Source of the DNA: an uncultured Alphaproteobacteria bacterium
Lineage (GTDB): Bacteria > Pseudomonadota > Alphaproteobacteria > Rhizobiales > Hyphomicrobiaceae
Direction of reading: 5' to 3'
Length of the DNA stretch: 64,000 bases
Assembly: GCA_963741545.1 (NCBI GenBank)
Contig: CAVUIN010000018.1
Coordinates: 70,867 to 134,866, forward strand
Part shown: positions 18,952-29,183 of the stretch, piece after piece
How the letters are laid out: each line of letters opens with the position of its first letter
Position numbering within the stretch: the stretch's first letter is position 1
Program-made: the position numbers and the translations under genes
Notes under the pieces: generated by a model
The model's database searches: none
The model's input: the letters and a program-made list of their open reading frames with translations, nothing else
Told to the model about the DNA's origin: nothing

Positions 18952-20549
18952 CTACCCAAAAACTCCGCCATTGCCGTTGCCGCCCTTCGTGCTCTTCGCG
19001 GCAAAGCGCACGGCTTCTTCAGCGGCGCGGACGATGGCCTTGGCTTTGTTGATGCACTCTTGCTGTTCGCTGGCCGCAACGCTGTCGTTGGTGATGCCGG
19101 CGCCCGCTTGAACGTGGAGCATGCCGTCTTTGACGACGGCCGTGCGCAAGACGATGCAGGTGTCCATCTCGCCGCCGGCGGAGAAATAGCCGACGCATCC
19201 GGCGTAGGGTCCGCGCTTGGATTTTTCCAGTTCCGCGATGATTTCCATGGAGCGCACTTTGGGCGCGCCCGAAACGGTGCCAGCTGGAAAACCCGCCATC
19301 AGCGCGTCAATGGCATCGTGGTTGCCGTCATCCAACTGGCCGATGACGTTCGAGACAATGTGCATGACGTGGCTGTAGCGCTCGATCACGAATTGATCGG
19401 TGACGGCGACCGTACCGGTTTTCGTAACGCGGCCGACGTCGTTGCGGCCAAGATCAAGCAACATCAAATGTTCGGAGCGTTCCTTGGGATCGGCAAGGAG
19501 GGCTTCGCCAAGCGCCTTGTCTTCGGCTTCGTTGACGCCGCGCCGCGTCGTCCCCGCGATGGGTCGAATGGTGACTTCGCCGTCGCGCACGCGCACCAGA
19601 ATTTCAGGAGACTTGAGCCGACAAGCGAGAAGGTGCCGAAGTTCAAGTGGAACAAAAAGGGCGATGGGTTCAAGCGGCGCAGCGCGCGGTAAAGTGCGAA
19701 CGAGGGAAGTGCGAACGGGCAGGAGAAGCGCTGCGAGAGAACGACCTGAAAGATGTCGCCGGCCTTGATGTACTCTTTTGCCTTGGCGACCATGCCGAGA
19801 TATTCGGCTTCCGTGGTGTTCGAGACCGGCTCTGGCAGCTCCAACGTATCGAGACGTGCCGCAGTGGAATGGGGGAGAGGTGAATCGAGCTTGGCGACGC
19901 CGTGCGCGATGCGGGCAAGTGCTGCGTCGTAGGCTTCACGTGCGGAGATGCTTGGGTCCGGCCGGACGGGCGTGACGACCAGCACCTCGTCTTTGACGCT
20001 GTCGAAAATGAGCATCAAGGTCGGGCGGATCATAATGGCGTCGGGAACTTGAAGCGCGTCAGGTTTCATTTCCGGCAAGTTCTCGATCAAGCGAACCGTG
20101 TCGTAGCCCATGTAACCGAACACGCCAGCGGCCATCGGCGGTAAGCCTTCGGGCAGCGCGATTGCGCTTTCGTCGAGCAGCGCGCGCAGCGATTTGAGCG
20201 TTGGGGCCTTGTCGGCAACGAAGGCATCCGCATTCTCTTGAGCCGTGCGATTGATCTCGGCGTTATCTCCATGCGCGCGCCAAATGAGATCTGGTGCGAG
20301 GCCGATCACCGAATAGCGCCCGCGCGTGGCGCCGCCTTCGACGGATTCGAGCAGGAAGCTCATCGGCTGCCCGTCGGCGATCTTGAGATAAGCCGAGACC
20401 GGCGTTTCAAGATCGGCAACAAGGCGCGTCGAGACGACTTGCGGCGTGCCCGCCTGATAAAGGCGTTCGAACGCCGCGAAGTCCGGTGCATAGCCGGCAG
20501 CCGGATGGAATTGCTTCGGCGCTGCCACGGCCTTCGCGTCTCCCGTCAC
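18952..20549 (-). CDS. trpE: Anthranilate synthase component I (frameshift near 19610)
   Basis: [58 protein letters not shown]. Confidence 0.95.
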
Positions 20550-22441
20550 TGTTCCGTTATGCCAAGCGCGCGCTTCAGCTCGGCTTCGTTGACGTTGGCG
20601 CCAAGACGTGTCTTCAGCGTTTCCGTATATTCGGTCAGTATCTGATTGGAGAGATCCATTTCCATGGCCTTGGACAGCTTGTCGAGCTCGTCCTTGGTGG
20701 GAGCTGCGGCCGGCGTCACGTCGAGAACGCGGAAGACGGTACGCGTTTGCTTGTCGGCACTATCGGCGGATCCCGCCTTGCCTTTGGCAAGGACGAACGC
20801 TTGGGCAATCGTCGCTTCACCGAGCCCTTGCGGGATCGTCTTGCGCGTGATGGCGTCGGTCTTTTGCGTGGTGCCGGAGGCTGCTGCCTCGATTGCGGAC
20901 AACGGTTCGCCGTTGTTGACGCGCTCGGCGAGCTTTGCCGAGAGTTCCGTCAGTAGCCGCACGCGCTCGTTTTCGAGGTGGCGCGCTTTGACTTCGTCCT
21001 TGACCTCTTCGAAGGTCTTTTGCTTGGGCGCCTCGGTCGAGAGCGTATTGACCCAGGCATATCCGCCGTCGGCGAGTTCTGCGGGCGGCTGATCGGAACT
21101 GCCGTCGGGCGAATAGGCAAGTTCCATGAGCTTTGATAGGTCCGCCCGGTCCATCACTGGCTTGCTGTCCGGGCTCATGCCGCGCCGGTCTGCGGCGGCA
21201 ACTTCGCTGTAGGTGAGTTTCAACGTATCGGCGATTTCCTTGAGCGTCTTACCGGCGGAGCGATTATCGTCGATCTCGTCGTGTTTGGTTTGGATGAGCG
21301 CTTTCGCCTTCTCGCTCGCGATCTTGTCTTTGACCTGGTCCTTGACGTCGGCAAGCGTCTTTGTCGTGCCCGGTTCAATCTGCGTAACGCGCAAAAGGAC
21401 CGTTGCGAAGCGGCCTTCGATCACATCCGAGATCTTGTCTTTTTCGAGCGCGAATGCGGCGGCGGCGATTTTTGGATCGATCAATGCCTTCTTGGCGATC
21501 AGTCCGAGGTCGGCGTCGGTATCTTTGGCGCCGGCATCCTTGGCCACGTCGCCGAACGTTTTCGAAGCGTCTTCCAGCGCTTTCTTGGCGGCTTCGGCTG
21601 ATGCCTTGTCTTTAAAGGCGATCTGCTGCACGCGGCGCTGCTCGGGCGTATTGTAGCTATCCTTCGTCAACTCATAGGCCGCAGTGATTTCTTCGTCCTT
21701 GATTTCGGCCTGCTTTTTCAGATCGTCTAGAGACATGAACAGCACTTCGAATTTGCGGTATTCCTGTGTCATGTAATTCGACTTGCCGGCTTCATAGAGC
21801 TCTTTGAGCTTGGCGTCATCGGGCTCAGCGACCGTCACGGATTTCTGCGCGTCGAGATTGAGCCATTCGATGACGCGCTTTTCTTGATTGTAGGCGTGCA
21901 TCAGTTCGATCATCGGCTTGGGTACGGTCTGGCCTTTGACAAAAGCGCTGAAAACTTGCGTCCTTAGTTCATCCTTGCGGCGCAGCCTGAGGAAGCCTTG
22001 TTCGCTCAATCCAATCTGGCGCAGGACCGAAGCAAAGCCTTCCTTGGTGAACTTGCCCGAGGCGTCTTTAAAATCCGGATCTTCGGCAATCATGTCGGCC
22101 AGTGTTTTGTCGGAGAGGGCAAGGCCGAGGCTGGTTGCATGTTGTTCGACGGCCGCCCCGCCGATGAGCTGGCCGAGCACGCGCCGGTCGAGGCCGATGG
22201 CACGGCCTTGTTCTGCCGTCAGGCGTTCGTTGGCCTGACGCGAAAACTTGTCGAGTTCGCTCTGGAAGGCGCGGCTATATTCTTCTGCCGTGATGCCGGT
22301 GTCGCCAACCTTGGCGACCGAACCGCGGCCCCAGCCCGTGAACACGTCGGCGACGCCCCAGATGGCAAAAGAGAAAACAAGAATTCCGAAAAGAAGCTTG
22401 GACACCCAAGTTTGGGCGCCGCGTCTCATAGCCTCGAGCAT
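20546..22441 (-). CDS. SurA/PpiD-like peptidyl-prolyl isomerase chaperone
   Basis: MLEAMRR..LVFSFAIWGVADVF, PEQRRVQQI; lies between tpiA and trpE. Confidence 0.9.
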   Translation of the reverse strand: MLEAMRRGAQTWVSKLLFGILVFSFAIWGVADVFTGWGRGSVAKVGDTGITAEEYSRAFQSELDKFSRQANERLTAEQGRAIGLDRRVLGQLIGGAAVEQHATSLGLALSDKTLADMIAEDPDFKDASGKFTKEGFASVLRQIGLSEQGFLRLRRKDELRTQVFSAFVKGQTVPKPMIELMHAYNQEKRVIEWLNLDAQKSVTVAEPDDAKLKELYEAGKSNYMTQEYRKFEVLFMSLDDLKKQAEIKDEEITAAYELTKDSYNTPEQRRVQQIAFKDKASAEAAKKALEDASKTFGDVAKDAGAKDTDADLGLIAKKALIDPKIAAAAFALEKDKISDVIEGRFATVLLRVTQIEPGTTKTLADVKDQVKDKIASEKAKALIQTKHDEIDDNRSAGKTLKEIADTLKLTYSEVAAADRRGMSPDSKPVMDRADLSKLMELAYSPDGSSDQPPAELADGGYAWVNTLSTEAPKQKTFEEVKDEVKARHLENERVRLLTELSAKLAERVNNGEPLSAIEAAASGTTQKTDAITRKTIPQGLGEATIAQAFVLAKGKAGSADSADKQTRTVFRVLDVTPAAAPTKDELDKLSKAMEMDLSNQILTEYTETLKTRLGANVNEAELKRALGITEQ

Positions 22442-22721
22442 GGAGGATCGTTTCCCGTGGTTCCGGGCGCGTCCCAAAGGCCCGCGAAGGGCGGGCGGGT
22501 GCGCCTGCAAGTGAAAAAGGTCAGCGGCCCGCAGGTGACGGGCCAAGCTGGCGTGATATGAAGCGCAGCCCGGTTCCGATTGCAAGGGCGGGGTGAGGGG
22601 GGCTATCGAAGGCAACCGGGCCAAGGCAACCGGGTCTGGCCCCCTTTCGGGCCCAACGAGCGTTACGGGACGAGGGTTTCGGGATGCTCCGTCCGCCGAG
22701 GTTAGAGGAGGCATAAACCAT

Positions 22722-23495
22722 ATGGCCGGATTGAATGCATCGCCAAAGCCACTCGTTGCGGGCAACTGGAAGATGAACGGGCTAAAACCGGCCTTGCACG
22801 AGGCGCTCGCCGTCCGGGACGCGATCTCCGGGCCCCTCGCCACGTTGCCCGTGGACGTCATGATAGCCCCTCCTGCGACCCTGCTGATGGTCATGTCCGA
22901 GGCCTGCCGGGGTGGTTCGCTGACGTTTGCAGGGCAAGATTGTCACGCCAAGGCCAGCGGAGCCCATACCGGCGATATTGCGCCGGAAATGCTGAAAGAG
23001 GCGGGCGCGTCCGCAGTGATCGTTGGCCATTCGGAACGGCGCTCGGATCATGGCGAGACGGATAAAACCGTGCGTGAAAAAGCCATCGCCGCCCATCGCG
23101 CCGGTCTCAACGCGGTTGTCTGTATTGGCGAGACGCAGGGTGAACGCCAAGCCGGATTGACACTCGCCGTGGTGTCTCGGCAACTCAAAGGTTCGCTGCC
23201 GGACGCTTCAACGTCGGCCAATACGGTCATAGCATACGAACCGGTCTGGGCCATTGGTACGGGGTTGACGCCGACGATCGCGGACGTGGCAGAGGTTCAC
23301 GCCGCCATCCGCCGCGATCTCGTGACGCGCTTTGGGCCGGAGGGCGCAATCATGCGCATTCTTTACGGCGGCTCGGTCAAGCCCGATAATGCCAAAGCCT
23401 TGATGGGGATCGAAAATGTAAACGGGGCGCTGGTCGGCGGGGCGAGTCTTAAGGCAAGTGATTTTCTTGCCATCATTCGTGCGTATGAAAGTTGA
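22722..23495 (+). CDS. tpiA: Triosephosphate isomerase
   Basis: [43 protein letters not shown]. Confidence 0.98.
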   Translation: MAGLNASPKPLVAGNWKMNGLKPALHEALAVRDAISGPLATLPVDVMIAPPATLLMVMSEACRGGSLTFAGQDCHAKASGAHTGDIAPEMLKEAGASAVIVGHSERRSDHGETDKTVREKAIAAHRAGLNAVVCIGETQGERQAGLTLAVVSRQLKGSLPDASTSANTVIAYEPVWAIGTGLTPTIADVAEVHAAIRRDLVTRFGPEGAIMRILYGGSVKPDNAKALMGIENVNGALVGGASLKASDFLAIIRAYES

Positions 23496-23497
23496 GC

Positions 23498-24091
23498 ATG
23501 TCTCAGTTTGTAAAAATTGCGTGTGTCGTGTGTGGGTCAATCTTTGTTGCGGCTCCAGTTTTGGCCGCACCCAAGATTGACAAGGATACGTGCGCGCAAC
23601 TCAGAGGCGAGCAGGCGACATTTATTCAGTCGGGCATTCTTGCCGATATCCAGCGCGGCCCGGCGTGGGCGAAATCAAATCTCGCGGCTGAGCGCATTCG
23701 TGAAATCGAACTTTTCATTACGCTCGACGAGCAGATCAAATTCGGCTGCCGCGAAATGACGCTGACCGGCGACGCTGTTCGTGCTGGTGAGGCCGCGCGG
23801 CAGCTCGAGCTTAATCCGAACGCAGACCCAACCGCGCCGCCGCCACCCGCTGCGAAAGACGGCAATGACGCGGGCGCATCGAACGGAACTGAATCGGGCG
23901 ACGCATCTGGTGCTGACGCGCCTGCAGCCGCAGCGTCATCCGCAGCTAAGCCAACGCTAAAACCCAAGACCGAGCGGCGCGTGCAACCGGCCGCCAAGCC
24001 GAAAGCCGTTGACGCCTATGTGCCGCCGCCGGCCGGCAATGAGAACACGCTCATCGCGCCGGCTGATACGGGCGATACTGCTGCGCCGTAG
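23498..24091 (+). CDS. Secreted hypothetical protein
   Basis: Signal peptide, two mature Cys, Pro/Ala-rich tail. Confidence 0.7.
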   Translation: MSQFVKIACVVCGSIFVAAPVLAAPKIDKDTCAQLRGEQATFIQSGILADIQRGPAWAKSNLAAERIREIELFITLDEQIKFGCREMTLTGDAVRAGEAARQLELNPNADPTAPPPPAAKDGNDAGASNGTESGDASGADAPAAAASSAAKPTLKPKTERRVQPAAKPKAVDAYVPPPAGNENTLIAPADTGDTAAP

Positions 24092-24099
24092 CGCCCCAC

Positions 24100-26653
24100 T
24101 TACCGCGCCAATTCTTCCTTCACCTTCTCGGCCAGCTGCGGCAGCGAGAAGGGCTTGGGCAGAAACGCAAAGTCGTCGGTGCCGAGGCTTTCGCGGAAGG
24201 CTTCATTAGGGTAGCCCGACACGAAGATGACTTTGATCAAGCGGATTATCCTTGCGCAGTTCCTTGAACAGCGAGGGGCCGTCCATTTCCGGCATGACGA
24301 CGTCTGAGACGACAATATCGACCTTGCCCGGATTGGCGCGCATCATTTCGAGCGCTTCGACGCCGTCGGCGGCTTCAAACACTTCGTAGCCCTGGCGTTT
24401 CAAGGCGCGCACAGCAAATTGGCGCACTTCAACTTCGTCTTCAACGAGAAGCACGCGGCCTGTGCCGGTCAGATCGGCGTTCTTCGATTCTTTCTTGGCT
24501 GCGGCCTTAACTTGAGCGGCGGCTTCGACATCTTCATTGGCTTCGATGATGTAACGCGGCAGGAAGATCTTGAAGGCCGTACCCTTGCCGATTTCGCTTA
24601 CGGGTTGAATGAAGCCGCCCGACTGTTTGACGATGCCGTAGACGGAGGCGAGGCCAAGTCCCGTGCCTTTGCCAATGCCTTTGGTTGTGAAGAACGGCTC
24701 GAAGATCTTGTCCATGACCTCCTGGCTCATGCCCGTGCCGGTATCCTCAACTTCGATCATCACGTATTCGCCGGGCGTGAAGCCGACGACGTGGCTCATC
24801 TTCTGGCTGTCGCGCTCGGTGATGTTTTTCGAGCGAATGAATAACTTGCCACCCGACGGCATCGCGTCCTTGGCGTTGCCCGAGAGGTTAAGGAGGACAT
24901 TGTAGATCTGATCGCGGTCGGCGCGCACATACCACAGGTCGCGCTCGGACTGGATCTTGAGGTCGATCTTCTCGCCGACCAAGGTTTTGAGCACCGGTGT
25001 CATGTCGGACGCGAACTCGCCGAGATTCAACACGGCCACTTGCTGCGTCTGCTTGCGCGAGAAGCCGAGCAGGTTGGCGACCAGGCCCGCCGCGCGGTAG
25101 GCGGCCGACTGAATGTTCTTGATGTCCTTGTAGGCGGGATCGCTCGGGCGCTGGGTCTGCAGCAGCAAATCCGAGAAGCCGATGATGGCTGTCAGGACGT
25201 TGTTGAAGTCGTGGGCGATGCCGCCCGCGAGTTTGCCGACGGCCTCCATCTTCTGGGACTGGGCGTAGCGCGCTTCGAGCGCCCGCTGTTCGGTCGTGTC
25301 GATAAGGTAGAGGGCGGCCGCTTCCGCGCCTGGGCCGATTGCGAGCGGGCTCATGTAAACGCGGCGGAAGACCTGCTTGAATTCGCCGCCCGTGATATCG
25401 ACGGGCGCCACGTTACCGCGGCCGGAGAGCACTGATGCGAGGCCTAATTCAAGCTGTTCGCGTTCGTGCACTTCTGCGTAGCGGCCAAGGGCTTCGCGCG
25501 CAAGATCGCCAAGGGGGGCGCGGCCGTCCGTCATCATGCGGACGAAGGCGGCGTTGGCGCTGGCGATGCGGCCGTCTTGATGCAGCGTTGCGATACCGAA
25601 GGGCGCCGATTGGAAGAAGTGCGACAAGCGGATTTCGTTCGTGCCGCCGCCGCCCGAAAGGCCGCGCAGTGTGCGGTTCAGCGCCGTGATGGTGAAACCG
25701 CTGCCGGCCGGTTCGGCATAAAGCGTGAGGGGTACAATGCGGCCGTCTTCGCGCGGTAAATCGAGATCGATGGAACGGCGGCCGGCATCTGCTTCCATAG
25801 CGAGACGGGCAAGAACCTTCGCACCGTCGTCACCGGCCAAGTCTGTTAGCAGCGCCGCGCGCGATCTCAACGCGCCCGCTTCGTATCCAAGCCACAATTC
25901 AAACGTTGCGTTGACGTGCGCGACCGAGCCGTTGGCGGAAATCGACAAGAATCCGACGGGCATGCTGTCGAATCCGGAGAGCGCCATTTCCAGCCCGCCG
26001 ATGCGCTGGGCTTCGCGCGTGCGTTCGTCGGTGATGTCGTTGATGGTCCAGATGACGAGTGTTTCGCGCTGCGTTGTGTCGGCGGCATCGCGCACGGGCG
26101 AAGCAAAGGGCCGGACCGAAAGGCGCAACCAGGCTGGACGGTTTGGTGTGGACGCTGTTGCTTTGAGGCGCACTTCTTCGCGCCGGGCTTCGCCGCGTTC
26201 GGCGGCACGCATCAAGCGGAAATAGGCTTGCGCCGCATCAGGGTCGCCAGCGAAGGCGGCTTCAATTGCTGCGAGCGGTCCGCCATCGGAGCGGCCGAAA
26301 ATTGTTTCGTGCGCGGGGTTCCAATAGAGAACGTTGCCGGTGGCCGAGGCGATGAGGGTCGTTTCTTCGCTTGCGTCGGAAGCGGCCTTCAGAACGTCGC
26401 CTGCGGGCAGCCGCGCGCCGATGCGCACATGGCCGGCCGCGATGCCAAACAGCATGAACATGCCGAGCATGGCGAACACAGCAAGAATGGTCAGCAGCAA
26501 GGGTTCGCCCGAGCCCGACGTCAGCAATCCGAAAAGGATAGCGCCGGCCGCGGCCACAACGAAAATTGTTGATAAAAAGCCGCCGATCCCGTCCGCTGCG
26601 GTGAGCGGATCAAGGGCTGCTGCCTCAACCTTCAGCGCCTCGCGATTGATCAT
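24100..26653 (-). CDS. cckA: Cell-cycle hybrid histidine kinase (frameshift near 24240)
   Basis: Two TM segments, [48 protein letters not shown] domain. Confidence 0.9.
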
Positions 26654-26984
26654 AGCCGCGGACGATATCTGATTCTCAAGGCTTAAAGCTTGGGTAGGGT
26701 GCATGGATCAACTCAAACGCAACTATTGTCGCAACAACTGGTGTACCGCTTCAGGGCGGCCGTTTTATTCCCTGCAACACTTCGATCATTAGGGTTAAGA
26801 TGGCGTGAATTGCGGGCTATGATTTGGAATGCCGGGAATCATCTGGGGGCGTGCGCGCCTGGGGCAGAAATGCCGGTAGCCGGCGCCGCGAGATGACGTG
26901 CCGCACGTTCGATTTCGGGAGGGGCGGCTGTCCCGGCCCGAAATGTTTTTTTGAGGGTGGCTCGGTCGAGCCGGGAGGGGCCTT

Positions 26985-27356
26985 ATGTGGGATCTCGTTT
27001 ATTGGATCGTCATGCTCAGTATCTTGGCGGCGATCGCGCTTGCGGCCGTCGTCGGCGTGAGGGCCTACATGAGCGGCACGTCGCCGGGTGAGCTTCTCTT
27101 TAAGGCCCGGCCCGAGCCGCGCTTGTCCGTGATCGAACACGCTAATTTGGACGGTAAGCGCAAGCTCGTGCTCATCAGGCGCGACGATGTCGAGCATCTC
27201 ATCATAACGGGCGGGCCGGTCGATATGGTGGTCGAAACGGGGATTGGCGAAAAGCGCCGTCTTATTGCGGAAGGCGTGACGCCGGCAGCGACCGTGTTCA
27301 CGCGGCCGGCGCGTACGCTCGGGCAAGCTTCCGGCGGCAACGGCGAGCAGAATTAG
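26985..27356 (+). CDS. FliO/MopB family protein
   Basis: RLSVIEHANLDGKRKLVLIRRDDVEHLIITGGPVDMVVE. Confidence 0.8.
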   Translation: MWDLVYWIVMLSILAAIALAAVVGVRAYMSGTSPGELLFKARPEPRLSVIEHANLDGKRKLVLIRRDDVEHLIITGGPVDMVVETGIGEKRRLIAEGVTPAATVFTRPARTLGQASGGNGEQN

Positions 27357-27380
27357 GCGCGCAAAGCGACGTGCGTGGGT

Positions 27381-27674
27381 TCAGCGGTTTGCGGGCTCTA
27401 CATCGCCGAAATCGGCAATGGTGATTTTCCCGAGGTCAAGTGTGCCGGTGATCACGACGACCGCTTTCGGCGGCGCGGTTTGAGAATTCACGGAAGATGG
27501 CTTCGTCTCGCGCGATTGAGCGGGCTTCATCTCGCTTTGGCCGGCAAGGGCCGGAATTCCTGCAGTGGGCAGGGCGAGAACATAAACTGCGGCGGCGAGG
27601 CCTGAACTCCACTTGCAACAGTACACGGGCGCTACATCCTTTTTCCACGCGATGGCGGCAACTCTGCCCAGCAT
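27381..27674 (-). CDS. Possible small exported hypothetical protein
   Basis: Hydrophobic stretch in ORF 27381-27767; start uncertain. Confidence 0.3.
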   Translation of the reverse strand: MLGRVAAIAWKKDVAPVYCCKWSSGLAAAVYVLALPTAGIPALAGQSEMKPAQSRETKPSSVNSQTAPPKAVVVITGTLDLGKITIADFGDVEPANR

Positions 27675-27763
27675 GCAATACAACACGTTAAAACGGCGTG
27701 AAGACGCGCTCCAAAGCTGGACAACGGCTGGGCGATGACGCGGGGAAATACCGAGGCGCGGTT

Positions 27764-28486
27764 TCACTCTTCCCGATAGACTTTTTCGCGCCGCTCGTGG
27801 CGCTCCTGGGCTTCAACCGACAGCGTGGCGATGGGCCGGGCATCAAGCCGCTTCAACCCGATCGGTTCGCCGGTATCTTCGCAAAACCCGTAAGTGCCGT
27901 CTTCAATGCGCGACAGCGCAGCGTCGATCTTGGAAATGAGCTTTCTTTGCCTATCGCGCGTGCGCAGCTCTGTTGCCCGGTCGGTTTCGGATGTTGCGCG
28001 ATCGGCGAGGTCGGCGTGCTGCGTTGAATCCTCATGCAGGATCGCCAGCGTTTCCCGCGTCTGGCGCAGGATCTCGTCCTTCCACTCGATGAGCCGCTTG
28101 CGAAAATAGGCGCGGTGTATTGGGTTCATGAATTGCTCGTCCTCGGAGGGACGGTAATTCGGCGGCAACACAACATCCGAGACCTTGGTACGCGACACCA
28201 TTTTCTTCGGAATCCCTTCAATCGACTTCTTACCCGGTTCAGGCTTGGCAACGGCGATCGTGCGCGCTGGCGGCGGCTTTGGTGTGGCGGACATTTTCGA
28301 GACCGGCACTGCCTTTGCGGGTGGCAGCTTCGCGGGCGGAGCTTTCACGGGCGCAACAACTTTCTTCGCGAGCGGTTTTGCGCTCGCGGCGGGCTTCGCT
28401 GCCTTTGCCGCCACCGTTTTCGGGGGAGCGGCCTTCTTTTCCGGCGCTTTCGGCTTGCCGGGCTTTGCGCTCGTTTTCTTGCTCAT
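27764..28486 (-). CDS. dksA: RNA polymerase-binding protein DksA with Lys/Ala/Pro-rich N-terminal extension
   Basis: DLADRATSETDRATELRTRDRQRKLISKID, GFCEDTGEPIGLKRLDARP. Confidence 0.95.
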   Translation of the reverse strand: MSKKTSAKPGKPKAPEKKAAPPKTVAAKAAKPAASAKPLAKKVVAPVKAPPAKLPPAKAVPVSKMSATPKPPPARTIAVAKPEPGKKSIEGIPKKMVSRTKVSDVVLPPNYRPSEDEQFMNPIHRAYFRKRLIEWKDEILRQTRETLAILHEDSTQHADLADRATSETDRATELRTRDRQRKLISKIDAALSRIEDGTYGFCEDTGEPIGLKRLDARPIATLSVEAQERHERREKVYREE

Positions 28487-28812
28487 GGTCCGCCTCCCAG
28501 TCGTCCGCCTCAAAGGAGGCCGCGTCCGGTTTGCACAAAAGCTATTTGGGCTGTCCCGTAGGGCCCCATAGACCCAAGGAGGCCATTGGGTGCCGTTTGA
28601 GTAAGCCGCCCAACTCAACGCTTAAGTCCAGGCCGCCCCGTATTTAGGCGGGGTGGCCGCCAAGTCAAGCCGTGGTGTGCGCCCCGGCGCTCGAAATGGG
28701 TCAATTTTTGCTGATTGGACAGCGGTTTATAGGTCTGGCCGGGGGCTATCCAGGGCCAAAAGTCAGCGCCACGCGCCGGCCGCCGAAAAGAGTTCGGGAG
28801 GCTTACACAGCC

Positions 28813-28828
28813 TTAAGCTGACATTAAC
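28813..28828 (+). promoter_or_regulatory. CtrA-binding box
   Basis: TTAAGCTGACATTAAC = TTAA-N7-TTAAC. Confidence 0.65.
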
Positions 28829-29110
28829 CAGGCGAGTGCAATCTAAGGTGGCATTGAAATTGCCAATGCAGCCATCGGTGGATGGATGAGACGGGGTTGT
28901 CACTCTCCATCCTCGGCAAATCCAACGCCGCCACGTATCCCACCAAAAAGGGAAAAGAAGAAAGTTCGAAACTCGAGTTGAAGGGCCACCCTCTCTCTCC
29001 TGTCATGTTGCACGGCCCAAGCGGAACGCTCCCACGGCTCCCACCGCGCCACGGCTCATGCAAACACCAGCGGCCCCAACTCGTGAAGGCGCGCATCTCT
29101 CGGCCGCCGG

Positions 29111-29147
29111 CGCCGCACCTCGCCCCACACGAGGTGCGGCGTTTTTT
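29111..29147 (+). terminator. Intrinsic terminator
   Basis: 12-bp stem CGCCGCACCTCG/CGAGGTGCGGCG followed by T6. Confidence 0.75.
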
Positions 29148-29183
29148 GGGATGGGGGCTCGGCGTGAGCAGCAAGTGCCCCGC

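Noticed and set aside
20546-20600. trp attenuator upstream of trpE
   Set aside because: trpE overlaps the surA/ppiD stop, leaving no leader peptide or terminator.
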